From NCBI RefSeq assembly GCF_009914755.1, contig NC_060928.1: a DNA stretch of 64,000 nt. One strand, 5' to 3'. Positions 1-18,230 of this stretch are shown in pieces. How positions within the stretch are numbered: position 1 is the first letter of the stretch; every line of letters starts with the position of its first letter. The notes below the pieces were generated by a model, which was given only the letters and a program-made list of their open reading frames with translations, did no database searches and was not told where the DNA came from. The position numbers were made by a program, and so were the translations under genes. The DNA comes from the human T2T-CHM13v2.0 reference genome, Homo sapiens.

Positions 1-533
1 TTTGAATAGAAAGGCTTATGAGGCCAATAGTCTGTTCATCACAGGTGATAAAGTTTTTTTTTAAAGTCAATAAATTACTTTTTACTACAGGAGAAACGTA
101 TGCTTTATATGCCAACAAAGAGTTGAAATGCCAGAAGCACTTGAGGACTAAATTACGGAGCACTTATTTCATCACAACAGAACGCTAACGCCGGTGCTTG
201 ATTACAACAAGCCATCCAATTGCATGAATTTGGGCTGCAAGGCACCCAGGCTTTTATATTCATTAGCAAAGTTATTGATTCTGGAAAGTTACCTCTAATA
301 AAACTACACCATTTTCTCAGGCCTGTTATATGGGCGCAGACAAATTATTTGATCAACGATATTGAGCAAAAGGAAAAGCATTCATTGTCTCTAATCTCTT
401 TTCCCTCCTCCCAGAATTGTACATGGCGATCATCAGCAGTATGAAGAGGAGCTGTGGGGCCAGGTCTGATTTGGTTTTATATAGCTATATAAATATTTGA
501 TAATTAAATCACATTGTTTCAATAAGAATATTA

Positions 534-857
<324 letters not shown>

Positions 858-1169
858 GACAAAATAGTATAATATTATATTCATAAAAATAATTTTACAT
901 TTACACAAAGGTGTAATTCACTGTACATTAGCTTCAACAAAACATCCATAAGTTATTCAATTCCCAGTTATCGGCTGCTTGAACTTTTATGCCCTTTAGC
1001 TCCATCTGTTAAAGAACGCATACCTCCATAGAGCTCCCATAAAATAGTTTTTAATTAATTTAATCAAAGAATATTGTTCCAAGAATATAGTTAATACACT
1101 GAATGGAATTTTTATAAATAAAATTAATAAAGATGGAAATGTGTTACTTAAAAAATAAGATTCTAGCTA

Positions 1170-1460
1170 TTCTATCATTGTTTGTGTTTCCATTTAAATA
1201 TTAGAATCACCTTGCCAAATTCCACACAAAAATCCTGCTGATATTTTGATTGGAATTGCATTGAATCTATTGCATTAATTTGGGGAAAATTAATATTTAA
1301 AAATAGTGAGTTTTCCAATCCAATCACAAAGTATACCTTACCATTTATTAGAAATTTAATTTTCTCAGCAATGTTTTAGTTTTCAGTGTGGACATTTTCC
1401 ATCTATTTTCTTAAATTTATCTCTAAATATGACATATTCTTTATGTTCTTATATAAATAT
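1170..1460 (-). mobile_element. Old L1M ORF2 fragment
   Basis: Antisense L1 ORF2-like text (ttttgattggaattgcattgaatctat...ttccaatcca). Confidence 0.75.
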
Positions 1461-1484
1461 TTAAAGTTCACATTCATAAGAAAA

Positions 1485-2015
1485 TTCAAACCACCAACTG
1501 GGAGACATTATTTGTAAAATATATGTCTGACAAAGAACTTGTATCCAAAAGGTATAAATAATTTTTGCAATTAAATAATAACAATATAAAGAAAAATTGC
1601 AAATATGGAAAAGATTGAGATACATTTGAAAATAGAAAATACATGACCCACAAGCAGATTAAAAGCTGCTCAACACCATCAGTTATCAGGAAAATGCAAA
1701 TTAAAATCACAGCAATTTATCCATTCACACACTAAAATGATTACAATTTAAAACCCAATAGTAATAAGATTTGGCAAAAATATGGGGCAACAAAACTTCT
1801 CATATACTGCTGAACAGCTTTATAAAACGGTGCAACCACTTAGGAGAATTGTTTGGCAGTTTCTTAGGCTTAGATATTTGTCCCAAAGAATTGAAACCTG
1901 GTTCACAAAAATACTTGCCTAGAAATGGTCACAGCAGCTTGATTCATCATAGCCCCAGAAGAGAGACAACCCAAATGTCCATCACATCACAGACATGGGA
2001 AAATGAATCAACAAC
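1485..2015 (+). mobile_element. Old L1M (MB/MC-like) ORF2 end/3' region
   Basis: atatgtctgacaaagaacttgtatcc, caggaaaatgcaaattaaaatcac, caacccaaatgtccatca. Confidence 0.8.
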
Positions 2016-2074
2016 ATAGATCTCATGTTAGTCTCTTCTAAGTGGACAGGTTTTTATTTTCCAATCCAGTAAGA

Positions 2075-2190
2075 CAAATTCTCTAGAAAACGGCATAGTA
2101 CCCACCTCACAAGTTCACTGTGAGCATTAAATGAATTGGTTTATTTAACACATGTCAAACATTGTCTGGAAAATTCAGAGCACTATATAT
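2075..2190 (+). mobile_element. MIR fragment
   Basis: MIR core-like acctcacaagttcactgtgagcattaaatga. Confidence 0.6.
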
Positions 2191-2249
2191 TCAGAGTACT
2201 ATGTATATGAGTCTTGGTTATGAGTATTACTGAAACTTCTATGTGCCTT

Positions 2250-2950
2250 GCTTTTCCTGTATTTCTTGTCACCTCGCTCCCCTTCCTCATGGCTCCTTTT
2301 GAAGATAGTATTTAATTTACATCTCCATTACTGTTTGGAAGCTATGTCCTTTGTTATACTATTTTAATAGTCACCCTTAAAATTTGAATGTGTGTATAAA
2401 ACGTAAGTCCTAAAGTTAATCAATGTCTTTACTTTCTTCACCCTCAGATTCAAGGACCTAAGAATGATTTATTTCTCATCATTCCTTTCAAATCACATTT
2501 GCAGTTGTATTTTTAAAATTTCTGCCTTGCTTTTATAACCCACAAATTAGACATTGTTTGATATTAACAAAAGCAAGAGTCAGATCTCCTCTGTGTTCCT
2601 TGTCTCCCTTCCTTGATACATTTCAGACCTTCCTTATGGGACCTTATTCTTTGTTTGTTTTTGAAGCCCAACCTTTAGAAGCTGTTTTATGAGGCTTATT
2701 TAGAAGTAAACTCTTTCAAAATCTGCTCATTTGTCTTTATTTTGTCCTCATTCTCGAAAGATACTTTAGCCGTATAAACTATTCTCCATTGCCCATTATT
2801 TTCTCTGAACACATTGAGGGCGTTTCACTGTGTTCTTGCTTTGCTCATTGTTTCTGTGGCTCAGCTAGCTGTCAGTCTGAATGTTCCTTCGTAGGATGTG
2901 CGCTTGTTTCTTCTAGATCCCTTTGAGCACTGTAGACGCAGGTCCTCTTT
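2250..2950 (-). mobile_element. Ancient L1M/L1ME fragment
   Basis: T-rich degraded antisense L1-like text; boundaries approximate. Confidence 0.5.
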
Positions 2951-3863
2951 ATAGTACAATTTTGGCTTGTGTATTGAGGTTCGCATAAACAGTATGGGCT
3001 TAGGTTCCCAACCATGGCAGCCCAGTGGGTACCACATTAACAGGGGTGAAGTTTTTACTTTTTCTCCATCTTTATGAAAATTGAGACAGGAGTTAGGTAG
3101 ATTGTTTTTCCATTCTCAGGGGTCTGGCTTTATGCAGATGGTCTCAGGTTTGAACTCTAGGCCACAGGACACTGGGTGTGGTCCCAGGGAGTCTGGTGGC
3201 TTCAATGCTAGCTTTCCTCCCTGTGCTGTGCTCCTGCCTAGGTCCTGCCCACATGGACTTCCTTCACCTTCATGCAGGCTCATCCATGCTTTACACGTTA
3301 TGCATGCCCATTTGTGTGTCCCAACTTAGCATTTTGATTTGTTATATGAATAAAAATCAAGAGAGATGCAAGATCCGTAGTCAGTCATATTTGTGGAAAT
3401 CGAAATCCCCCACACATTTTTTCATCCATTTGAATTTATTAAGTTTGAGGAAAATGTCTTAACAAATAAGCAAGTTTGGCTAGTCCTAGAAACTATATCT
3501 CTAACTTCTAACTTGGGAGTTACTGTACCAATTATATGGTGAAAAAAATTATAGTTCATAATTATTTGGTATTAAAAGAGACCTAAAAATTATTTTTTAT
3601 TCATTCCTTTTACATCTATGAGGCAAAATGACAATGCAAAATTATATAAATGTGATTATCTACCAGCAAAATTTGGATTAAAGACTATTTTCATGTGAAA
3701 AATGTGAAAAAGATAAAACGTCACATAGACTGTGAGAAAAAATGTACTGTTTTCACATGTTCTTGTAAATATATTCTTATCCTTTTTATCTAACGTGTAG
3801 CTAAATATCAAAGGGCCATTGACTATATATATATATATAGCTGATGCTGAAAAAGGCTGTTGA

Positions 3864-4203
<340 letters not shown>

Positions 4204-4679
4204 CTTTCACATTTTATATCTTGTAATTCTCTATTCTGCTCTACACCATAGGGATGATCCTTCCAAAAGCATCCTATCTAGATTCTGCTGTTAAATCACC
4301 TTTGTTGGCCTGGCCAGTTATCAAACTCAACAGCCCCTTCATCATCAAAGACTCGCCCTCTATCCACATCTCATTCCTTGCTTCCGCCAATAATCTGACT
4401 AGTAAAGAAGTCACTGCATGCCACAAATTGTCAGTGCTGACTTCCTCAACAAGGAAGTTATTTATTTACTTATTTAATATATGAGTGACTCAGATGCAAA
4501 TTCCATCTTGAGAATACCAACTCCTGATGCCAACTGATTGTCAGTCATGGCTACAACAGGAGACTGGATTCACTCAAATAGTTCAAATAAACAGAACGTA
4601 ATAGAGGGACTACTTACAGAAGTGAAGCAGGGTTGAGGAAAGACACAGGGGATGTTGAGCTACTGAGAGCTGCAGTGAC

Positions 4680-5300
4680 AGCATGTGGAAATAGAATTAC
4701 TGAAGTTCCATAAGGCTGGAATTGTGAGAGTCTATCCAGGAGTAGCTGAATTTGCAGAGGAATGCAGCTGTCCACAGAAAAACAATGGCAAAGGAGCAAT
4801 GCAGCAGAGAAGACATAGTCTAATTTCTCTTTACTTTCTACTGTATGATATGGTAGAAGGCTTGCTTTTGGCTGTGCTGGAAAACATACAGAAAGGAAAA
4901 CCAAAAGATAAGCTTTATGTTTTAAAATCTCCACTCAAGATGCAGGTGGAAAATTAGAAAGCCACTGTGGTGATGTTAAAATATATCTTGTATGTCTGAA
5001 GTCAGCTACACAAAGGAGAAAACATCAAAACTAATTGCATTGATTGTGTAGTTTCAGTACCTGTTAAATGCATAATTCCATCGATTCAGTTTGGCAATGG
5101 CTGAGCAACTAACTGACTGTAAAGGAAAAGGACCCTAAGATTTAGTATGGCAAACCGAGATAAAGTTAAGAAATTCTAGCCCACCAATCTCCTGAAAGCT
5201 CTTTGTAGCCAGAATCACCTCTGCCTAAGTTGCTCTTGGCTTGAAGATCTGCTCTGAGAAGAGATACCATGTACGTCAATGGAACTACAAAATCTTGAAA
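4680..5300 (+). mobile_element. ERVL internal (gag-region) remnant
   Basis: ggcttgcttttggctgtgctggaaaac...aaggaaaaggaccctaagatttagtatgg resembles ERVL-int as I recall it; degraded. Confidence 0.5.
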
Positions 5301-5349
5301 ACTTATGCGAGAAGGAAGCTGGAAAGCATAAAAAAAATTAATTCTTATA

Positions 5350-6947
5350 AACTTTTTTTTTCTGCCTTCTCTTCCCTCTCTAGCTATAATTTTGGATTTG
5401 TCTATTTTTATTTTCATTTATATCAAATGTTGTCTCATATATTTTGAAGCTGTTATGTGATGCTTGCATTTAGGATTCTTGTGTCCTCTTGATGCATTAA
5501 CACCATTATAAAATGGCTTTCTGTACCCTGGCATCCCTCTTTTTCCTGATTTAATATGCCCACAGTAGATTTCTTATTATTAGAACTTATGTAGTACATT
5601 TTTGTTCTTCCTGTTACTTTTAAAGTGAATTTCTTTTAGATGGAATGTTGTTGTGTCTATGAAAAAACAGTCTATGTTTTAAAATTTAGTATTTAGACTA
5701 TTTACCTTTAATGTAATTATGGGCATAGTAGGGTTTAAATCTACCATCTTGCTATTCATTTTCTATTTGTTCCATATTTTTCTTATTTCTTTTGGGTTTC
5801 CACCTTTTTCCATGTTAATTGAATATTATTTAATGTTTGCACACTATGGCCTTATTAGCTACAGCTCTTTATTTTATTTTATAGATGTTGTTTATGGGTT
5901 TACAATCTTTAACTCATAACAATATACTTTCAAATAATATTTTACCACTTTGCATATAAGACCGTTAAACAGTGTACTTTCTGTCTCCTGTCCATTTTTA
6001 ATTTATCACAATGTACCTTCAAATCATATTATCCATTTTGAAAATAATATAAGAAACTTAAAACAGTATGTGTCCATTTTTCTCTTTTTTGGAGAATTAC
6101 CATGCATTTTATTTCTGCATATGTTATAAATTTCACATTACATTTTCTTCTTGTTTTAAACTGTTAATTTTATTCTAAATAATTTTTTTAAATGAGAAAA
6201 AAAATTGAATTTACCCCCAAGGTAGCATTCTTGTGTTCTATCTTTTTTGCATATTTTAAATCCAAGTATCTATTTGATATTATTTTCTTTTATTATAAAT
6301 AACTTATTTCTGCATTTATTGTAGTGTAAGTCTGCTGTTGACAAATTACCCCAGCTTTTTTTTTCTAAAAAGTTTATCCTTATTTTTGAATGATGGTTTT
6401 GCTGTTTGCTGAATTTACAGTTCTAGGTTGACAGTTTTTAAATTTTTAAAGTAAAATTCTAACACCTTGTTTTTGCTTCATTTCTGATAAGCTTCAGTCA
6501 TTCTCATTTTTGTTCCCCTGTGTGTAGTATGTATTTTTTCTCCAGTTGTTTTAAAGTTTTTTCTTCATCACTAGTTTACAGTAGTTTCATTTTTATATAG
6601 CTTGTGGTGCTTCTCTTTGTGGTTTGTCCTGATTTTAGTCAGCTGATTGGTGAGTGTATAGCTTTCATTAAACCAGTAAAATGTTTAGCTATTTTAAGTA
6701 TTTTCCTACCTCCTTCCTCCCCATCCTGCTCTTGCTTTCTCTTGGACTCTACTTGCATGTATGTTAGATTGCTGGCTGTTTTTCTACTGTTCACTGATTT
6801 TGTATCTTATTTTTAGTCTTTTTTTCTCACCTTGCTTCAGTTTGGATAGTTTCTGTTGCAATATTTTCAAGTATGTCCATCTTTCCTTTCACAGTTTTGA
6901 GTATGCTCTTAAATGCAGTGAATTTTTCAATTTAAATATTGTATTCT
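5350..6947 (-). mobile_element. Old L1M fragment (ORF2 endonuclease region and upstream)
   Basis: tattttgaagctgttatgtgatgcttgcatttaggattcttgtgtcctcttg and T-rich antisense L1 text. Confidence 0.7.
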
Positions 6948-6948
6948 G

Positions 6949-7530
<582 letters not shown>

Positions 7531-7799
7531 TCTATAGTTGATCTTTTACCATACCATGATCTTAGGAGACTAGGAAACAATAAAACCACAAGTAAGAAAA
7601 TGATTCTTTCTATACGTTTCAAACCAAATAGCTATCTAAGACAATTTATCCAGATAATCCAAGTCAAATAAAAGTATGCTTCAGTTCTCTGAATATTATA
7701 AGCAAAAGTGTAAAAGATAGCTTTGTGCCTCCAGTGAAGAGCAGTCAGGCAACCAGAAGGCATACCTAGCAATATAATATTTATTATTTCTTGAGCTTT

Positions 7800-8630
<831 letters not shown>

Positions 8631-8662
8631 TGATTTATCTTTAACATATTGTATTGCTACCT

Positions 8663-9237
8663 TGTGGTAGGCAGAACTTTGGTCGTCGTGATCTCAGCCA
8701 CCTAGCGTTACATCCTGTTATGTTACATGGCAAACAGGCTTTGCAGATGTAATTAATGTTACTCCTCAGTTGACTTTAAGATAGGGAGATTAACCTAGAT
8801 TATGCAGGTGAGCTGGATCTAATCTCATGAGCTCTTTAAACGTCGGAAGAGGAGGGTAGAAGAGAAAATCAGAGATTATAAGTGAAAAGGTTGGAGATGT
8901 CATTACTGGCATTTAAGATAAAGGGGGCCAAAAGCCACAGAATATGGGTGCCTTCAAAAGCTGAGCCAATAGCTGGCAAAATCATGAGAACACTCACTCC
9001 TGTAGCAACATGGAGCTGAATTCTGCCAACAATCTAAATGAGCCTGGAAGCAGGTTCTCCCTCAGAGGCTCCAAAGAAGAGCCCAGGCCAGCTGACAGCT
9101 TGACTTGCACCTTGTGTGGCCCTATATGGAGAACCCAGTCAAGCCATGCTGTACTCAGACTTCCAACTCATGGAACCTATGAGATAATAAATAGGTGTTG
9201 TGTTAATTTATTATGGCAGCAATAGCAGGCTAATACA
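8663..9237 (+). mobile_element. MaLR MLT1 (E/D-like) solo LTR
   Basis: TGTGGTAGGCAGAA...CTAATACA termini; 5-bp TSD TACCT/TACTT. Confidence 0.85.
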
Positions 9238-11469
9238 TACTTTAGGAACAATTAATTTCAAATTTTTGTGTGTGAACTCTCCTCATTCACTATCATGACA
9301 CACAAACACATTCACCCACACACTCTCAGAGATACTCAAGTTGTATACTTCCAGAAGAGGCTTTCTCTGTTTTTAAAGTCTGAAGTTCTCAGCATTCTCA
9401 CTGAGCCATGCTATCACTTTTGTGTCACTTTGGACAGCCTTCCCTGCTTCTGTCATCCTCAACTTTTTCTTGCATTGTCTGTTTTCCCTTTTCCCTGTTT
9501 GCACCTCAGTTCTTTTGTTTTCTGTTAATATTAGGACCTGATTATATACACAGCTAGTCCACAAACACATGTATAGTTTTCTTCACAAAAAATCAAGGAA
9601 GGACATTGCATTGTGTGAAGTGTTTGCATCTTTATATTTTTATTTTATACTTACTGCAAAGTGGCATGTGGATACTTTTCTACTGCTGGACACAAAGGTA
9701 TCTATTAAGATAGAAATATTCCTCATACACGTGCTGTAGGATTCTTGGAACTGAAGAAAATTTGGCCTCTAAAAAACTGTATTATCATAATCATAAGAAT
9801 TATATTTGATAGAGTTTCTAATATTTTATTAACAGGAGATTCGATTGAAGTCAACATTTGCAATTTAAATGTGGTATTAAGCACTTTGTTTAAAGGCAGA
9901 ATAATTATAATGCATCAATGTGTATGTTTCTACAAATTTGACAACTATAACACATGCCACTTAAAACCTTATTTACCATGCGCAGTCTCATATAAATACA
10001 AGCTGTAAGTCTAAGAGCCACCCTAGATTCCATTCTCTTCTTTACCTCCAGTGACTAGTCCGTCCCCAAGGTGAGCTTATTTTTCTTCCTGAATGACCCT
10101 AAGGGGTAAAAGTAGATTTGATAGTTGGGGACGATATGATTTGTGGTTATACAGAAAAACTTTTAACTACTGACACTATACAAAGCTCTAACTTGTCCTT
10201 TGGAGGAAAATATTTTTCTTACTAACATTTACTGATTAGACATTTAGTGGGAATATCAGGCAACGTGCTGGTTTCAAATGGTTGGTTGCAGGTCCCTTTC
10301 AAAAATGGGCATTTCCAATTCTGCGTCAACATCATTGTTTACACAGCTGCAGAGAGCACATTCTTCCAGGAGCACCTTCAGGGCTTTCCGGGAAGCTTCT
10401 GGGCTTCGTTTGTTTGGAATCCTAAAGCAAGCAGCCTTTCCTGAAAAGAATGTCCTCAGGAAATACTTTGGAATAAATTAAATGATATTTTTAGGCATTT
10501 TTATCGATCTGTTGTTTAGAGACGATTTTGAATCTGTTGACTTATTTTGTGATAAACAGAACTTTTACAGCATCTCAATGGAATCTGATTTCTAGATTGA
10601 CTTGCCACCTTGAAATGATAATTACATTGTTTTTGAGAAGTAACATCTTTGTTTCCATAACATAAGACTTTCAGTTTATAACACAATGTACAATTGGGGC
10701 TTACTTTTTTAAAAGCACTGATTTATTTGAAACCTGTCTAAATTTGGCTAGGTTTCATAATTGGAGCAATCATCAATATAGTATGAATGACCTTATACAA
10801 TATAATTTTATTAAATAAAATATTTTTATTAAAACTAAATGAAGTCATAAAAATTTGATTTTTTTTCTAAAGAAAAAGTGTATTGAAATCCATGGACCTG
10901 AAATGTGGCTTATTATTAAAAAAATCCTATTTAAATATACTTTTGAAATAGATACATGTTTCTAGCATATTTTATTCACCCTGTACTTACTCTCTTATGA
11001 GAATTACTCCACAGAAAGTCATCTTGTTTTATGAAAATAACTGAGAAAGTCATTGTTTTTCTTCCTGACAACATTTAAATGTTGGAAGCCACATCTTTAT
11101 TAAGTTACATTCAGCTGATTGCATTTATGAAATTAATCTATGAGGTCAAAAAAGAATGAAATTAGTATTCAAAAGATATCACTAATAAAAATCATTGATC
11201 AATTTAAAGAAGTTATTAACATATAACAATGTTAAGTAGTTCATTATACTTTAAATATTTCCAGTCTATTATTAGTTAAAAAGTAAATCTGCTAGTATTT
11301 CCCCCCCAGATTCATTATTTCACCGAATTCCTCTCATCTGAACATAGCTTAGCTGTATTAAGATGTTGCGTAAGACGGCTCTCAGAAGCTACTTAATTTA
11401 TTCTAATTAACAAATGTCTGCATTCTTAATGTGTTAATTATTAGGGCTCCCCAATCTCTTATTCGATTT

Positions 11470-11685
11470 TTTCATTCAACAAGTATTTATTGAATGCTTA
11501 TTATGTCAAACCCTCTTCTAAATATTGGAATAATAGTAATAAAACAAATCGAAGTTTATACTCTCAATAAGTTTATGTTGTAATGAAGGATGCAAACAGT
11601 ATATACACACTGCAATGTCAGCTAGTGATAACTTTTGAGAGAATAGTGAAATAACATACATACAGGGATAGAAAGTGATGGGAAA
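11470..11685 (-). mobile_element. L2 3' end
   Basis: ttcattcaacaagtatttattgaatgcttattatgtca. Confidence 0.75.
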
Positions 11686-11699
11686 GCCTTGTCTCCACC

Positions 11700-12045
11700 G
11701 TCCTTCTTTCCCTCTCAGAGCTCCAGCCAAGTACTTTCTCCAGCAGTCGTGTTAAACACACTCCCTTCTATTATTAGGCATGTCCTGACCCCTCTATCTG
11801 AAACACTTGCCCTTTGCCTAGCTAACTGCTATTCTTCAGTCACAGTCAAATACTGCTCCACAGGCAAGCCTTCCCCACTCCCAGCCATGCTCCCAGAGCA
11901 TCATGAAACTTCCATGAAATTTGACATTGTTTGTATGATGATTTGTTCACTCTATTCTCCTCACTAGAGCATGGGATTATATATATGTAATATTACTATA
12001 TATATGGCATAGAGTGAATGTTCAATAGAATTAGTTGAACGCATT
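11700..12045 (+). mobile_element. L2 3' fragment
   Basis: Ends ggcatagagtgaatgttcaatagaattagttgaa. Confidence 0.55.
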
Positions 12046-12074
12046 ATTTTAAGTATAATATATCAAGAAGACAG

Positions 12075-13127
<1,053 letters not shown>

Positions 13128-13149
13128 TAAAGTTCTTTTTTTTAAAAAA

Positions 13150-14470
<1,321 letters not shown>

Positions 14471-14686
14471 TAAACATAGGTTACACACATACTTAAAAGA
14501 ACATTAGAGTTCTTTTTTGTTTTTCTTTGATGTTTGGCTTTGATTTAATGGGATTTTACTATACACATTACTCTTAAGCAAGCCTTTAACACTCAGCACT
14601 TTAAAGTGCTTGGTACATAGTAGGCTTAAGTAATATTTTATCAAACTGAGCTGGAGAGTTCTTAGATATTGTTCTTATCTCAAATT

Positions 14687-15024
14687 CAGTCATCCCTTGG
14701 TATCTGCTAGGGATTGCTTCCAGGAACCCCATGAATTTTTTTACCAAAATCCACAGATGCTCAAGTCCCTTATACAAAACGGTGTCTTGTTTGCATGTCA
14801 CTGACACACATACTCCGTGTACTTAAACCATCTCTAGACTGCCTATAATACCTAACGTGATGTAAATGCTATGGAAACAGTTGTTTTACTGTATCGTTTG
14901 GGGAATAACATCAAGTCTGTACATTTTTCAGTAGAGATGCAATGATCATAGGCCTAACTGCCTTTTCAATCTGCACGTGGTTGAACCCATGGATGCAGAG
15001 CCCGTGGGTGCTGATTGCTAACTG
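14687..15024. mobile_element. MER2 (TcMar-Tigger) DNA transposon
   Basis: CAGTCATCCCTTGGTATC...AACTG ends followed by TA; reverse-complement homolog of 22137-23157. Confidence 0.85.
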
Positions 15025-15269
15025 TATATCCTACTTCTAATCCTTCTTTTGTATGGAGTGAGCTTCCAAAAACCTTCTGAAACATTAAGTCATGCTCTTC
15101 TTTGAAGTCTGTGAATCCTCAGGGCTGTCGGCGTGAGAACCAAAGGCTGCAGTGGTGCACACAATGTCCTTCATCCCAGTAGGTTGATTGTTCAGCATCT
15201 GTGTGACCCAACCTCTCCTATTGTCCTTGATTCAATAGCTGATCTACTGAACTATGTAGCTGAATTACA

Positions 15270-15970
15270 GCTCCTCAAGCACAGTGCTGTCTTGGCTTGG
15301 AATGCCCTACTGCTTCTGTTATTATTATGACGACACATTGGTGATTTTTTTCCTATGAGAATCTTCTCTAATTTCCCAAGTGTAAGTTAGCTATCCTCCT
15401 GTGTGTGCCCTGAACCCTGTACATCCCCATCATCACAGTAGTTCATTGCCTTGTAATTGCTTGCTTGCTTTTATGTTTCTCCCATTGGACAATATATTCC
15501 TTAAAGCCAGAGATTTTTCCCTGTGATATTATCCTCAGAACTTAATATAGTATATGTTGTCATACTAAAAGCTTGATCAATACAACATACATAAGTAAAG
15601 GAACATTATTCTTCTACATTAGAGAATACAGTTCCTAGGGAAAGTATGTATTTAGACCACACGACTGAAGCAACACGTCTGGGGAACACCCATACTCAAG
15701 GAATGGGGAGGAACAAAAGGCATTAGAAAAAAAAGAAATGGGATAGCCATGAAAGCGCAAGAACAATGTTCAGAGTGTTTATCACGGCCGTCTGGAAAAA
15801 ACAGAATTTCAAGAAATGAATGATCAGTCATGTCAAATGCTTATAAAAGTCAGGAATAATGGCTGTGAAATGTCCAATCAACTTGGCAATTAAAAATACA
15901 CTGATGACTTTATGAAGCAGTTTCAGTATGTTGGTTGAGACAGAAGCCAGATGATGGGGTGCTGCATAAT
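15270..15970. mobile_element. L2 fragments (both orientations)
   Basis: Degraded L2-like text; boundaries approximate. Confidence 0.5.
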
Positions 15971-16224
15971 AAATGGCACATCGCAGGCTGATGACAGCAC
16001 AGCCCTGCTTTAATACGGCAGGAAACACGATGGGTTCTGTGGCATCCTCCTACTCACTGTCTTCTGTGGATTGTGACTCCTGGTGACTGACAGATGTTTA
16101 ATTTCCTGAGGGCAAGCAAAGTCACGGCTTTAATATGCCCGAGAATAATGATGGATGATGCAACTTTGGATAAGCCTGTAGAAGAGACAAGAGAAAGGAA
16201 GAGGTGTAGAAAAGCTCTGAAGGG

Positions 16225-16568
16225 GTCTGGGCGCAGTGGCTCATGCATGTAATCCTAGCACTTTGGGAGGTCGAGGCGGGCAGATAGTGAGGTCAGGAGT
16301 TCGAGACCAGACTGACCAACATGGTGAAACCCCATCTCTACTAAAAATACAAAAATTAGCTGGGCGTGGTGGCGGGCACCTGCAATCCCAGCTACTCGGG
16401 AGGCTGAGGCAGGAGAATCACTTGAACCCGGAGGCAGAAGTTGCCGTGAGCTGAGATGGTGCCACTGCACTCCAGCCTGGGTGACAGAGCGAGACTCTGT
16501 CAAAAAAAAAAAAAAAAAAAAGAAAGAAAGAAAGAAAGAAAGAAAAAGAAAAGAAAAGAAAAGAAAAC
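16225..16568 (+). mobile_element. Alu (AluSg-like) with A/(GAAA)n/(GAAAA)n tail
   Basis: Exact 17-bp TSD AGAAAAGCTCTGAAGGG. Confidence 0.95.
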
Positions 16569-16639
16569 AGAAAAGCTCTGAAGGGAGAATTCTTGAGTGT
16601 GTGATGTTTGAAATACTAGACTAAAGGGCAGTTCAGTGG

Positions 16640-17068
16640 GACAGTGGGTGGAATTTGCAGTGGATACCAGAACAGAGTTTGGGAAGAGAGATTTGGCCAA
16701 GAGACTACACCCTGCAGATCTCCACTGACAGAGGAGTTAGTGACCAAGAGCCTGGCCACTGAGCTAAAATCCATCGTGCACTTGTGCTGTAACCACATTC
16801 CCATGGGCTGCTCTCCAGCCAATGACTGAATTGGAAGCAGGGATGCCTGTCCTGGGAGCCATGAGCTCCTCTGATGTCTGAGGTTGACTCGTGGACTTCC
16901 AGTAGCTTTGCTGAACCTTCCATAGACTGGAAAGCAGCCTAAGATGTTTTCTCGCAGACCCCTCTGGCTCCTTCACCGTTTTCCTTTTGCAGTAGTTTTC
17001 TTAATAACATCCTTGCATGTGTAATCCTGTGCTTATATCAGCTTCTCAGAGGGTCCAGACCGATATAA
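16640..17068 (+). mobile_element. LTR16-like ERVL LTR
   Basis: catgggctgctctccagccaatgactga...cttgcatgtgtaatcc...gcttctcagagggtccagac. Confidence 0.7.
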
Positions 17069-17177
17069 TATCTAATGGGTAGTTTTATTTTTGAAGGGAG
17101 GTGAATTGCTGTGTTATTAGTGTTGTACCCTTCTATCATTCGCTATCATTCATGTTTCTTTAAGATATATTCGGTAA

Positions 17178-17542
<365 letters not shown>

Positions 17543-18049
17543 TGAGGGGAGGGACAAAGTGAAATAATGAGAACTGCTCTGCAATGTCTTCTTCAGAAGA
17601 GAAGCTGCCCATAGAACAGAGTCCCATGTAGATGATACAGTGATATTAAATAGAACGTTCCCCACAGAAGTTTAACGCGATTAGTATCAAGGTGACGCTT
17701 ATAAATGCTAATGCAAGAATGCCATTCAGGAGTCTTGCTTTATACCTAAAAAAGCGATGTGTTCCTGATTGTGGAATATCTTTACAGGTAGAAGGCAGGT
17801 AATAGTTATATAGAAATAAAACAAAAATAACAATGTATAGGATACAGCCTCAAAGATTCCCAGAATATTAGAGCTACAAGGCACGTTAGAGACCATCTCC
17901 TAATTTTAAATGCTCTTTTGAATATTCTAGTGAGAGAAGCTGCAGCCTGTTGAGACTCCACAAGACTGAAGATATGAAAAGAGGAAATATGCATGAATGC
18001 CCGCACGGAGAACCACCCCCACCTGCTGCTCCCGCTCTAATGATCACGC

Positions 18050-18230
18050 CCATTATCAACTGGGGGATGGCTCTGTGCCTTGTCCTTGCATTACATGGAC
18101 CAAGAACACTTCACAGGACTCAGAGAGGTAAATGAGAGAAACCTATTCTTATAGAGGATGAAAATGAAGCACACAGGGAGGTAAAGTGCCCCAAAATCCC
18201 ATCTGAACTGGCTTTAGAAACCGTATATTT
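18050..18230 (-). mobile_element. MIR fragment
   Basis: ttatagaggatgaaaatgaagcacacagggaggtaaagtgcc. Confidence 0.6.

Noticed and set aside
1170-2015. Twin-priming 5' inversion of one L1
   Set aside because: The two pieces appear several hundred bp apart on the L1 consensus and no TSD is visible.
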